A stretch of 33,626 nt of DNA from NCBI GenBank assembly GCA_031404455.1, contig JANNHP010000090.1, forward strand, positions 1 to 33,626, read 5' to 3'. Position numbers and translations under genes: made by a program. Shown here piece by piece: positions 7,905 to 16,283 of the stretch (position 1 is its first letter; the number at the start of each line of letters is the position of its first letter). Under the pieces are notes generated by a model, which saw only the letters and a list, made by a program, of their open reading frames with translations, did no database searches and was not told where the DNA came from. Source of the stretch: Planctomycetia bacterium. Lineage in GTDB: Bacteria > Planctomycetota > JAJSAM01 > JAJVHW01.

Positions 7905-9911
7905 TCACGTCTTCGCCGCCCCGTTCGACGTCAGCGACGTCTCGATCTTCGACCGCAGCGCCTCCGCGACCGCACTCCGCGGCCGTGTCGCGTCGGCGAC
8001 GAGCCCTGCGCCGAGACGGTCGGAGAGGAGCATCGTCAGCAGTCCCTCCATCACGTTCGAAGACGACCCGGTGCCGCCGCCCGACGGGCCGCCCGCACCG
8101 TTGCCCGAGTTACCTCCGATGACGATCCGCGGCACGACGTCGGCGCCCGACTTCTCGATCGCCGCGGCGAAGCGGTTCATCACCTCGCGCGTGAGCTGAA
8201 ACTGTGCCCCGCCCGAGGCCCTGACCTGCTCGTCGATGGCGATCGCTTCGCCGATGCCGACGCGTGCCGCCCGTTCGGCCTCCGCCTCCGCGAGGAGACG
8301 GATCTCCTGCGCGCGCGCCCCAGCGAGCGCCGTGATGCGCGCCGCCTCCTGGAGCGAGCGCTGGTACTCGGCCTTGCCCTGGTTCGACTGCACGGTGATG
8401 GCGAGCTCGGACTCGGTCATCGCCGTCTGCTGCTTCGCGCGCGCCTCGGCCTCGCGCAGTTCGCGCTCCTTCACCGACGCGCGCTCCTGCCGGGCGTACG
8501 TCTCGATCTGCTCCTCGGCGACCTGCCGAGCTCGGAGCTGTGCCAGGATCGTCTCGATCTCGCGGTCGGCGCGCCCCGACGTCGGCGTGCCGATGAGCAC
8601 CTCCTCGAGTTCCAGGTTGTAGTGCGCGAACTTCGTCTTCATCTCCGCCGACGCGATCTCCTGGATGCGGCTGCGGTCCTGGAGCAACTGGATGAGCGTC
8701 CGCGTCTGGCCCACGTTCTTGAAGTACGCCGAGACCATCGGGTCGAGCGTCTGCTCCACGAGCCGGCGGATGTCGCAGAACCGCTGCACCACGAGCGGTG
8801 CCTTGCGATAGTCGATGTGGACGACGACCGACAGCGGGAGCGACGGCTCGAATGCGTCCTTCGTGATGAGCGAGACCTCCGCGAGGTTCTCGTCGTAGCG
8901 GTGCGAGCCCGCCTCGTTCCTGATCCACTTCAGGATGAAGTTCGTCGTCGGGACCATCACCACCTTGCCGGCGAAAGTGTTGAACGCGTACTTGCCGGGC
9001 ATGAGCGCGTCGCGCCACACGCCGCGGCGTCCGGTCTCGACCAGCTCGCCGTGCTTGTAGTCCGCGCCCGAGAGATCGGCGCCGGCCTCGCCCGTGTAGC
9101 TGACGACGACACCGACCTGCCCGACCTCGATCACGGTCTTCGGGATGAGCTCGACCGTGGCGAAGAGCCGGTTGAGGTAGTACGTGCCCTCGACGAGCAC
9201 GAGGAGCTGACGGCCGCGCCGTCCGCCGGCCGCGAGGAACGCCTCCGCGTCCTGATAGGACGACGCGTCGCCGCCTTCCACCGGCGGCGCGATGATCTCG
9301 CCCGCGGCGAGAGGCGGCGCGTCGTGGATCGTGACGACGCCGAGGAGGTCCGACGCGCCCTCGATGACGACCGGCTCGAAGCCGTCGCGCTCGGCGAGCA
9401 CCTCGGCCATCTCGACGAGCTTCTTCTCCTCGCCGCGCTCGAGTGCCACGAAGTGGATGCCGTTCTCGGTGATGACCGCGAACTCGACGAGGTGGATCGC
9501 GTACGTGCCTTCGCGGAGCACCCGGCGCTGCGGGCCGCGCTGGCCGCCCGATTCCAGGAAGCCGCGGACGTCCTCGAAGTTCCGCGCGCCGACGTTCGAC
9601 GCGAGGACCTGTCCGGGTTCGAGCGGCGCGCCGTCCCTCGCGAACACGTAGCCGATCTTGCCCTGCGGGATCGTCACCAGCGGAACCTTGCGGAGCCGGT
9701 ACTTGTACGGCGTGAGCCAGTGCAGGCCGCCGCGCAGGAGTTCCGGCTGGAAGCCGGCCTCGCCGCGGAGCGCGATGAGTCCGCGGAGCACGCTGCCGCC
9801 GCCGAACCGTTTCTCGACGATGCCGACGCGGTCGTTCGGCACGAGCCGCACGCCCGCGAGCGCGTAGAGGATCGCGAGAGCGAGGACCGAGACGATGATG
9901 ATGGTGAACAT
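7905..9911 (-). CDS. Flotillin / SPFH (band-7) family membrane protein with N-terminal TM helix and C-terminal EA-rich coiled coil
   Basis: Track ORF 7905..9959(-). Start moved to the second Met (ATG 9911), which is preceded by GGAAGGGG 6 nt upstream. MFTIIIVSVLALAILYALAGVRLVPNDRVGIVEKRFGG is a typical flotillin N-terminus. The C-terminus is a long REAEARAKQQ.../AEAEAERAARV coiled coil. Confidence 0.85.
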   Translation of the reverse strand: MFTIIIVSVLALAILYALAGVRLVPNDRVGIVEKRFGGGSVLRGLIALRGEAGFQPELLRGGLHWLTPYKYRLRKVPLVTIPQGKIGYVFARDGAPLEPGQVLASNVGARNFEDVRGFLESGGQRGPQRRVLREGTYAIHLVEFAVITENGIHFVALERGEEKKLVEMAEVLAERDGFEPVVIEGASDLLGVVTIHDAPPLAAGEIIAPPVEGGDASSYQDAEAFLAAGGRRGRQLLVLVEGTYYLNRLFATVELIPKTVIEVGQVGVVVSYTGEAGADLSGADYKHGELVETGRRGVWRDALMPGKYAFNTFAGKVVMVPTTNFILKWIRNEAGSHRYDENLAEVSLITKDAFEPSLPLSVVVHIDYRKAPLVVQRFCDIRRLVEQTLDPMVSAYFKNVGQTRTLIQLLQDRSRIQEIASAEMKTKFAHYNLELEEVLIGTPTSGRADREIETILAQLRARQVAEEQIETYARQERASVKERELREAEARAKQQTAMTESELAITVQSNQGKAEYQRSLQEAARITALAGARAQEIRLLAEAEAERAARVGIGEAIAIDEQVRASGGAQFQLTREVMNRFAAAIEKSGADVVPRIVIGGNSGNGAGGPSGGGTGSSSNVMEGLLTMLLSDRLGAGLVADATRPRSAVAEALRSKIETSLTSNGAAKT

Positions 9912-10307
9912 GACGGACCCCTTCCGCGGACCGCGGGAGCGCGGCCGCACGAGATGCACGGGAGAGCGGCGAGATCGACGCGGGGCGGGCGCCGTCTAAG
10001 GAGGCGTCACGACGCCGACGGCCGACGCCGCGTGGCGCGCGCGCGCGGAGCGCTGCGCGTCGCGAAGGCGATCAGGAGTGAAGGCGCACATGTCCGTCCG
10101 GCTCCTCGCTGTCTTGCAGCGGAGGTTGCGATCCGCACGAAGCGGAGCGGTCACCGGACGGGAGTCGCAAACGCCGCGCCGCGGCGTGAGCGGCTGCGGT
10201 CGAGCCCGGCGCGCGGGACTTGCCTGCCTCGTCGCCGACGGCGGGTTGCCCGTCGCGAGGTCCCTGTCCGTTCGGCCGTCCACTCCATCGTCGATGGCGG
10301 AACCTAC

Positions 10308-11408
10308 GTGAAGCTCGACCGCAGCGTCCGTCAGATCAACGCCGCTGAGATCGCCGAGCTGTCGATGCAACGCGGCGCGACGAGCTGGGTGAACGGGACC
10401 GGCGACTTCGACTTCGCGTTGCTCGACACGGAGTGGTGGCAGGACTACGCCCGACGACGCAAGCTGAGCGCGAAGCGCACGCTCCCGGAGAACCTCGAAC
10501 GGCTCGGCCTCGCCCGTAAGGACGCGAGCCGCACGCTGCGTCCGATCCGCGCCGCGGCTCTCCTGTTCGCGGAGCACCCCGGCGGCATCCTCCAGACGAA
10601 ATGCGCGATCCGGCTCTTCCACTACAAGGGCGAGAAGGTCGAGCACACGGTGCACACGAACCTGCTCCGCCCGCCGAAGACGATCGACGGGCCCGTGATC
10701 GAGCAGATCCGTCAGGCGCGGGACGCCGTCGTGGACGCGCTCGCCGCGGGCGTGCAGGTCGGTCGGCTCGGCTTCCGGATCGTGCAGAAGTACCCCGTCC
10801 GCGTGCTGACCGAGGCGATCACGAACGCCGTGCTGCACCGCGACTACCGACTCGAGGCCGACATCCACGTCCGTATCTTCTCGAACCGCGTCGAGGTAGA
10901 GAGCCCGGGGCTCCTTCCGCGCAATGTGACGGTCGCCAACATCGCCACCGTCGGGTCGCGCCCTCGCAACCGACTGCTCGTCGATCACGTGCGGGAGTTC
11001 TCGGACCCGCCGAACCTCGACGCAGGCGAGGGCGTTCCGATGATGGTCGCGGCGATGCGCGACGAGCAGCTCTACCCGCCCAGCTACCTGACCCCGCCGT
11101 ACTGGCTGCGCGAGGCCGTCGTGTGCGTCTGCCTGAACGAGGCGATGCCGACTCAGTGGGAGCAGGTCTCGGCGTACCTCACCGAGCACGAGAGCATCGG
11201 GAACGCCGAGGTGCGGCGTGTGCTCGGGACCGACGATCCGGTGCGGACCTCGCGCCAGATCAAGGAGTGGGTGCGGCTCGGGCTGCTCGTGGCGGTGGAC
11301 CCGGCATCCGCGAAGAGCCGCCGCCGCTACCGACGCGCCGGGGGCGCGACCGAGCAAGCGGCATTTTCATTCAGCCGTGATAATGACCCGCCGGGACGCT
11401 CTAAGTGA
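10308..11408 (+). CDS. HATPase_c_4-domain ATP-binding protein / putative transcriptional regulator (RecG-C-terminal-like, Schlafen-AlbA_2 family relative) lacking the usual N-terminal AlbA_2 domain
   Basis: C-terminal part of track ORF 7902..11408(+). Signature LTEAITNAVLHRDY sits at residue ~177; in canonical ~480-aa members it is near residue ~350. Start tentatively at GTG 10308 with a weak GGCGGA SD. Upstream of that the frame is R/A-rich junk and antisense to flotillin. Confidence 0.55.
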   Translation: MKLDRSVRQINAAEIAELSMQRGATSWVNGTGDFDFALLDTEWWQDYARRRKLSAKRTLPENLERLGLARKDASRTLRPIRAAALLFAEHPGGILQTKCAIRLFHYKGEKVEHTVHTNLLRPPKTIDGPVIEQIRQARDAVVDALAAGVQVGRLGFRIVQKYPVRVLTEAITNAVLHRDYRLEADIHVRIFSNRVEVESPGLLPRNVTVANIATVGSRPRNRLLVDHVREFSDPPNLDAGEGVPMMVAAMRDEQLYPPSYLTPPYWLREAVVCVCLNEAMPTQWEQVSAYLTEHESIGNAEVRRVLGTDDPVRTSRQIKEWVRLGLLVAVDPASAKSRRRYRRAGGATEQAAFSFSRDNDPPGRSK

Positions 11409-11520
11409 AGGATCGAAAGCCACTTGCGACGCGCGCCATTATCAGGGCGGCCTGTGGGTTCCCGCTTGAGCCAGCAAGCGCGGGGCGGGACACTCCGGTC
11501 CTCAGGGAACCGGGAGGGCC

Positions 11521-13387
11521 GTGGAGATGAGCGCAGCCAGGCTGTACCGCATCGACGGCGGCAGGGCTAAGGAGCTCGAGGGCTCGGCGGTCGGGCTGGA
11601 GAAGTCCCTGCAGACGCTGATCGAGCGGAACCTCGATGAGTTGCTCGGCGTGCGGTTCCTTGCGTCGGAGTACTCGACCGGCAAGACGCACGCGGGGCGC
11701 ATCGACACGCTAGGGCTCGACGAGGACGGCTGCCCGGTGATCCTCGAGTACAAGCGTGCGCTGAACGAGACCGTCATCAACCAGGGGCTCTTCTACCTCG
11801 ACTGGCTCCTCGACCACCGTGCGGAGTTCAAGCTCGCGGTGATGGACAAGTTCGGGAAGGCGGCGGCGGACGACATCGACTGGAGCGGACCGAGACTTCT
11901 CTGCATCGCGACCGACTTCACCAAGTACGACGTGCACGCGGTCCAGCAGATCGACCGCAACATCGAACTGATCCGGTACCGCGAGTTCGGGAAGGACCTG
12001 CTGCTCCTCGAGCTCGTGAATCGCACAGCCTCCAGCGATGAGATCCGCACGGTGAAGGCGCCGACACCCGCATGCGATCGGCAAGAAGGTCGAGATCATG
12101 CTGTCCCACTTCACGGACCAGGTGGAGCGGCAGATCGACCACCGCGCGAAGGCGATGATCGTGACGCGCTCACGCCTTCACGCAGTGCGCTACAAGCTGG
12201 CGCTCGACCAGCAGCTCAAGGCAAGGGGGCTGCCGTTCAAGGCGCTCGTGGCGTTCTCCGGCGCGGTCGAGGACGGCGGAGCGAACTACACCGAGGCCGG
12301 GATGAACGGCTTCTCGGACAAGCAGACGGCGAAGGCCTTCCGGCAGAAGCAGTACCGGTTCCTCGTCGTCGCGGAGAAGTTCCAGACCGGCTTCGACGAG
12401 CCGCTGCTCCACACGATGTACGTGGACAAGAAGCTCTCCGGCGTCAACGCCGTGCAGACGCTGTCGCGTCTGAACCGGACGTTCCCAGGCAAGACCGAGA
12501 CACTGGTGCTCGACTTTGCGAACGAGACCGACGAGATCCAGGAGGCCTTCCAGCCGTACTACGAGGCGACGCTCCTCTCGGCGGCGACGGACCCGAACCT
12601 CGTCTACGACCGCGAGCGCGAGCTCTACGACTTCCACCTGTTCACGAAGGAGGAGGTCCAGGCGTTCGCGGCCATCTGGTTCGGCGCGACCGAGAAGGAC
12701 AAGCGCCAGCACGCGAAGTTCTACGCCGTGCTGCTGCCCGTGAAGGCGCGGTTCGACGGGCTGCTCGCGGACCAGCAGGAGCGCATCCGCGCGGCCCTCG
12801 CGGACTACGTCCGGCTCTTCGTCTTCATCTCCCAGCTCCTCACGTTCGCGGACGCCGACCTCGAGAAGCTGTACCACTTCGCCCGGTTCCTGCGGCGACT
12901 CGTCCGCGCGGACAAGGACGAGCTCCCGCGCGAGGTGCTGAACGCCGTGGACATGGAGTCGTACCGCGTCCAGCAGACGTCGAAGGGCAAGATCGAACTC
13001 GCGAAGGGCATCGGCGAACTCGAGCCGCTCTCGTTCACCGGCCCCATGCGCCTCACCGCCGGCGAGGAGGAGCCGCTCTCGAAGATCATCCGCGAGCTGA
13101 ACGAGCGGTTCGGCACCGACTTCACGGAGGAGGACCGCGTCGTCGTGCGCGGCCTGTACGAGTCCCTTGCGACCGACGAGGCGCTCGTCGAAGCCGTGCG
13201 CGTGAACCCGCCCGAGAACGCGCGCCTCTCGTTCGAGCAGAAGGCGAAAGACCGCATGCAGGGGCTCGTCGACACGAACTTCAAGCTCTACAAGCGAATC
13301 ACGGACGACGAAGCGTTCTCGAAGGTGCTGCTCGACATGCTGTTCGAGATGTTCCGGGCGAGAGCGCGGCGCGACGACCCTCCGTAG
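11521..13387 (+). pseudogene. hsdR: Type I restriction enzyme R-subunit (hsdR) remnant: N-terminal PD-(D/E)xK nuclease domain (frame 1, ~11521/11527-12055) fused by a deletion and +1 frameshift to the helicase C-lobe and C-terminal domain (frame 2, 12056/12098-13387); the whole ATP-binding helicase N-lobe is missing
   Basis: Frame 1 (track 11521..13482) reads well only for ~178 aa: LYRIDGGRAKELEGSAVGLEKSLQTLIERNLDELLGVRFL...AGRIDTLGLDEDGCPVILEYKRALNE, which is an HsdR-N/NucS-like D..ExK pattern. It then becomes R-rich junk with no stop. Frame 2 (track 12098..13387, open from 12056) reads KAMIVTRSRLHAVRYKLAL...VAEKFQTGFDEPLLHTMYVDKKLSGVNAVQTLSRLNR (helicase motifs V and VI, as in HsdR) plus a C-terminal domain. 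There are no Walker A or DEAH motifs anywhere, and no hsdM/hsdS nearby. Confidence 0.55.
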
Positions 13388-13390
13388 CGC

Positions 13391-13870
13391 CTACTTCGCC
13401 GGAGCCTGGAGCTCGGCCAGCTTCGCCTTCACGTGCCCCGCGTGGCCTTCGGACCGCACGGACTTCCAGTGGTGCGCGATGACGCCCTTCGGGTCGACGA
13501 TCACGGTGCTGCGGATCACGCCGACGACCTCGCGGCCGTACATCTTCTTCGTCCCCCACGCGCCGTAGGCGCCGAGCATCTTCTTCTCCGGGTCCGAGAG
13601 GAGCTGGACCTTCAGGTTGTGCTTCTCGCGGAAGTTCGAGTGCGTGGCCGGCGAGTCGGGCGAGACGCCGAACACCTCGGCGTCGAGGCGGTGGAACTGC
13701 GCGAGTGCTGCGGTGAACTCGCAGGCCTCCACGGTGCAGCCCGGCGTGTCGTCCTTGGGATAGAAGTAGAGGACCACCCAGCGGCCCTTCAGCTTCTCGA
13801 GCGTGACGCGCTCTCCCGCGTGGTTCAGGAGCGAGAACGCGGGCGCCTTCGATCCGGCTTCGATGCTCAT
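13391..13870 (-). CDS. bcp: Peroxiredoxin Bcp (thiol peroxidase, PrxQ/BCP family)
   Basis: Track ORF 13391..13870(-). LYFYPKDDTPGCTVEAC with peroxidatic and resolving Cys in CTVEAC; 159 aa. Its stop is 3 nt from the convergent hsdR-remnant stop. Confidence 0.9.
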   Translation of the reverse strand: MSIEAGSKAPAFSLLNHAGERVTLEKLKGRWVVLYFYPKDDTPGCTVEACEFTAALAQFHRLDAEVFGVSPDSPATHSNFREKHNLKVQLLSDPEKKMLGAYGAWGTKKMYGREVVGVIRSTVIVDPKGVIAHHWKSVRSEGHAGHVKAKLAELQAPAK

Positions 13871-13921
13871 GGGTCGGAGGGTACTCGGCCAAACCGGGGC
13901 GGGGCATCAACCTTGTGCGCC

Positions 13922-14596
13922 ATGTCCGGTCGCGCGTTCCTGCTCGTCGCCGCGGGCCTTCTCGTCGCCGCGTGCGGCGACGAGGGGCCGCCGCCGTCCG
14001 GCGCGCTCGACGTGAAGGGCACGCCGTTCCTCGTGTCCCGCGCGGCGGAACCCGCGGTCGCTTCCCTCTCGATCGGCGACGTGGACACTCCGCGCGACGG
14101 CGATCAGCCGCCGCAAGAGCCGCCGTCGGCGCTCGAGGCGCCCGCGGAGCCGGCGCCCGCCTCCGCGCCGCCCGTGCCCGTGCCGTCCGCCGCCGGCGAG
14201 GCCGAAGAGTTCGAGCCGGTCAGCTTCGACGACCTCGCTTCGTTCACGTTCACGCAGTACGCGTCGGGCGAGAAGCACGAGATCCCTTTGAGCATCCTCG
14301 CGCTCTCCGGGAAGCGGGTCGCGGTCGACGGCTACGTCATGCCGCTTTCCTACGAGGCCGGCGGCGCGAAGAAGTTCCTCCTCATGCGGTACCGCTTCGG
14401 CTGCTGCTACTCTGTGCCGCCGATGCTGAACGAGTGGATCGAGGTGACGATGGCGAAGGGCGTCGCGGACTACATCCCCGACACGCTCTCGACCGTCTCC
14501 GGCGTCCTCACCGTGAAGGAGGAGTCGAAAGACGGCGCCGCGACGGGCCTCTACACGATGTCGGCGTCGCGGGCGGAGTTCACGGAGGCGCGCTAG
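13922..14596 (+). CDS. DUF3299-family lipoprotein (224 aa)
   Basis: In frame with track ORF 13433..14596(+); ATG 13922. MSGRAFLLVAAGLLVAAC is a lipobox. The C-domain ...GYVMPLSYEAGGAKKFLLMRYRFGCCYSVPPMLNEWIEVTM fits the remembered DUF3299 pattern (GY.VPL....FLLVPY.G.C...PP..N..I.V). Confidence 0.6.
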   Translation: MSGRAFLLVAAGLLVAACGDEGPPPSGALDVKGTPFLVSRAAEPAVASLSIGDVDTPRDGDQPPQEPPSALEAPAEPAPASAPPVPVPSAAGEAEEFEPVSFDDLASFTFTQYASGEKHEIPLSILALSGKRVAVDGYVMPLSYEAGGAKKFLLMRYRFGCCYSVPPMLNEWIEVTMAKGVADYIPDTLSTVSGVLTVKEESKDGAATGLYTMSASRAEFTEAR

Positions 14597-14598
14597 CG

Positions 14599-15447
14599 AT
14601 GGAACTGGGCCTCAGGGACCTCAACGTGGTCGTGACCGGAGCGTCGGGCGGCATCGGGCGCTCTCTCGCTCTCGAGTTCGCCGCTGAGGGCGCGCGCCTC
14701 GTGCTCCACGGCCACGGACGCGTCGCGGAACTCCGCGCGTGGCTCGCGAAGCGGCCGTGGAAGGACCGCGCGATCGTCTGCGGCGGCGACCTCGGGAAGT
14801 CCCGCGCGTGCGACGCGATGTTCGCGAAGGCGCTCGCGAAGTGGGGCCGCGTGGACGTGTGCGTCGCGAACGCGGGGAACTATCCGCCGGAGACGAAGCG
14901 CATCGACGCGATCGACGAGCGCCGCGTGCGCGCGACGATCGACGCGAACCTGCTGTCGTCGGTCTTCACCGCGCGCGCGTTCTTCGCGTCGCTCGCGAGA
15001 ACCGGCCCGCGCGCCGACGGTCACGGCGCATCGCTCCTCCTCATCGGCTCGACGGCGGGGCGCTTCGGCGAGCGCGGCCACTTCGACTACGCGGCCGCGA
15101 AAGCGGGGCTCGCGGGTCTCGTCACGACGCTGAAGAACGAGCTTCCCGAGATCGATCCCTTCGGCCGCGTGAACATGATCGAGCCGGGCTGGACCGTCAC
15201 GCACAACGTGCGTCCCGCGCTCGAGAAGCCGGGCGTCGTCCTTCGCGTCGTGCAGACGATGGCCCTTCGGCAGCTCGGACGCGCGAAGGACGTCGCCAAG
15301 CTCGCGGCGTTCCTCAGCTCGCCCGTCGCGGCTCGCCACGTCAGCGGGCAGACGATCGTCCTCGCGGGCGGGATGGAGGGCCGCGTGCTCTGGCGCGAGG
15401 ATGCGATCGACGAGGCCGCGATCCGCCGCCGGTTCCGCGAGGACTAG
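14599..15447 (+). CDS. SDR-family short-chain dehydrogenase/reductase (282 aa)
   Basis: C-terminal part of track ORF 13915..15447(+). VVTGASGGIGRSLALEFA is the TGxxxGIG cofactor motif, NAG is present, and YAAAK is the catalytic YxxxK. ATG 14599 is 2 nt after the DUF3299 stop, with GGAGG 10 nt upstream. The stop TAG 15445-15447 lies inside the left direct repeat of the following element. Confidence 0.85.
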   Translation: MELGLRDLNVVVTGASGGIGRSLALEFAAEGARLVLHGHGRVAELRAWLAKRPWKDRAIVCGGDLGKSRACDAMFAKALAKWGRVDVCVANAGNYPPETKRIDAIDERRVRATIDANLLSSVFTARAFFASLARTGPRADGHGASLLLIGSTAGRFGERGHFDYAAAKAGLAGLVTTLKNELPEIDPFGRVNMIEPGWTVTHNVRPALEKPGVVLRVVQTMALRQLGRAKDVAKLAAFLSSPVAARHVSGQTIVLAGGMEGRVLWREDAIDEAAIRRRFRED

Positions 15448-15683
15448 CCCGACCTGTTCACGAGGGTTTGCGTGCATCGGCGCGAAAGGCAGGGAAAGTG
15501 TGAGACCGACGACGGCGAGCGCCCCGAGCGAACCGGACACCCCGGCCTGGACGAGGCGTTCGGGCCGAGGGCAAGGCGCGACCGCAGCGGCGACCGCGGC
15601 AGGTCGGCGCAAGGAAGCAACGCAGCCATCGGCCCGAACGACCGTCCAGGCGCGGACCTTCGTGAACAGGTCGGACTAGCCCC
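15441..15683. mobile_element. MITE-like nonautonomous element: perfect 10-bp direct repeats GGACTAGCCC (15441-15450 and 15674-15683) immediately flanking 15-bp terminal inverted repeats GACCTGTTCACGAGG / CCTTCGTGAACAGGTC (15451-15465, 15657-15672; 1 mismatch), enclosing ~190 bp of GC-rich non-coding sequence
   Basis: Read directly from the sequence. Including the CTAG of the repeats, the arms form a 23-bp near-perfect inverted repeat (21/23). Removing the element plus one repeat copy would place the SDR stop TAG 4 nt upstream of the GTG start of the next gene. The same region could alternatively fold as a structured RNA leader with a ~20-bp closing stem. Confidence 0.5.
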
Positions 15684-16283
15684 GTGCCGAACCCCGACGA
15701 CCCGCCCGCGGGCGGACCCTTCCTCCTCTCAGGCAACTACGAGTACCTCACCGAGGGCTACTACGAGTGCCAGGACGCCGAACTCGCGCGACGCGGCGAC
15801 GTGATGCCGACGTGCGCCGACGCGCTCGACGCCTACGTCGTGCCGATCGCGCTCGAGAAGGCGTCGAAGGCGGGCCTCGCCGTCCCGGACTGGGTCCTCA
15901 CGCACGAGTACTTCCCAGTGCCCGCCGTCTGCTACGGCGTGAACCCGTTCTCGCGGCGCTACGCGGTCGTGCGCGAGGAGTCGGCTCGCGAGGCAGTGGC
16001 GAAGAAGCTCACGTGGAACTTCAAGTACTCCATGTGCTGCCAGCGCATCTCCGCGGCCACCGAGATCGTGGAGTTCCGGATGATCGGTGGGCGCACTTCA
16101 GACGAGGAATTCGCCGGCTGGGCGGACCGCGTGTTCTCCATCTTCCGCGTCCCGCTCGCCACCGTGCGCCTCCTGCGCAATGGGCGCCTCGAGCTCTCGG
16201 CGATCGAGATCCTGCCCTACCGGTTCCTCACGCACGAGGAGCGCGACTGGGCGCGCGAGATGGCGGGAGACGCGCGTGGGTAG
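15684..16283 (+). CDS. Divergent, probably catalytically degenerate ATP-grasp-fold protein (199 aa), first gene of the ATP-grasp/GNAT operon
   Basis: Track ORF 15684..16283(+), GTG start. Alignable by eye to RimK-type ATP-grasp elements: ALEKASKAGLAVPDWVLT (substrate/PT loop), FPVPAVCYGVNPFSRRYAVV where RimK has ..VVK...G.GV (ATP-binding Lys absent), and RLELSAIEILPY where RimK has ..LVMEVNASP (Mg-binding Asn replaced by Leu). Codon third-position GC is coherent. Stop TAG 16281-16283 overlaps the next gene start. Confidence 0.55.
   Translation: MPNPDDPPAGGPFLLSGNYEYLTEGYYECQDAELARRGDVMPTCADALDAYVVPIALEKASKAGLAVPDWVLTHEYFPVPAVCYGVNPFSRRYAVVREESAREAVAKKLTWNFKYSMCCQRISAATEIVEFRMIGGRTSDEEFAGWADRVFSIFRVPLATVRLLRNGRLELSAIEILPYRFLTHEERDWAREMAGDARG

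Noticed and set aside
9997-10004. Perfect Shine-Dalgarno TAAGGAGG in the flotillin / HATPase_c_4 divergent region
   Set aside because: There is no ATG/GTG/TTG in any frame 5-12 nt downstream. The nearest in-frame GTG is 28 nt away and leads into Arg-rich sequence. It is treated as an orphan SD-like sequence.
10078-10311. 77-aa plus ORF in the same intergenic region
   Set aside because: It has Arg-rich composition, no SD and ends inside the next gene's start region. Likely noise.
9996-11357. 453-aa minus-strand ORF
   Set aside because: It is antisense to the HATPase_c_4 gene, whose HRDY signature and codon bias are on the plus strand. No recognisable features.
13915-14598. N-terminal 228 aa of the 510-aa ORF 13915..15447 and of 13433..14596
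   Set aside because: They are Arg-rich extensions. The real genes start at 13922 (DUF3299 lipoprotein, different frame) and 14599 (SDR, Met followed immediately by the Rossmann motif).
15590-15640. SRP (4.5S) RNA domain-IV-like string CAGGUCGGCGCAAGGAAGCAACGCAGCC inside the MITE-like element
   Set aside because: It shares CAGGUC and AAGGAAGCA with the conserved SRP helix-8 sequence, but the flanking pairing does not reproduce the GNRA-tetraloop and symmetric-loop geometry, and the element is too long for a 4.5S RNA. Not enough evidence to call an RNA gene.
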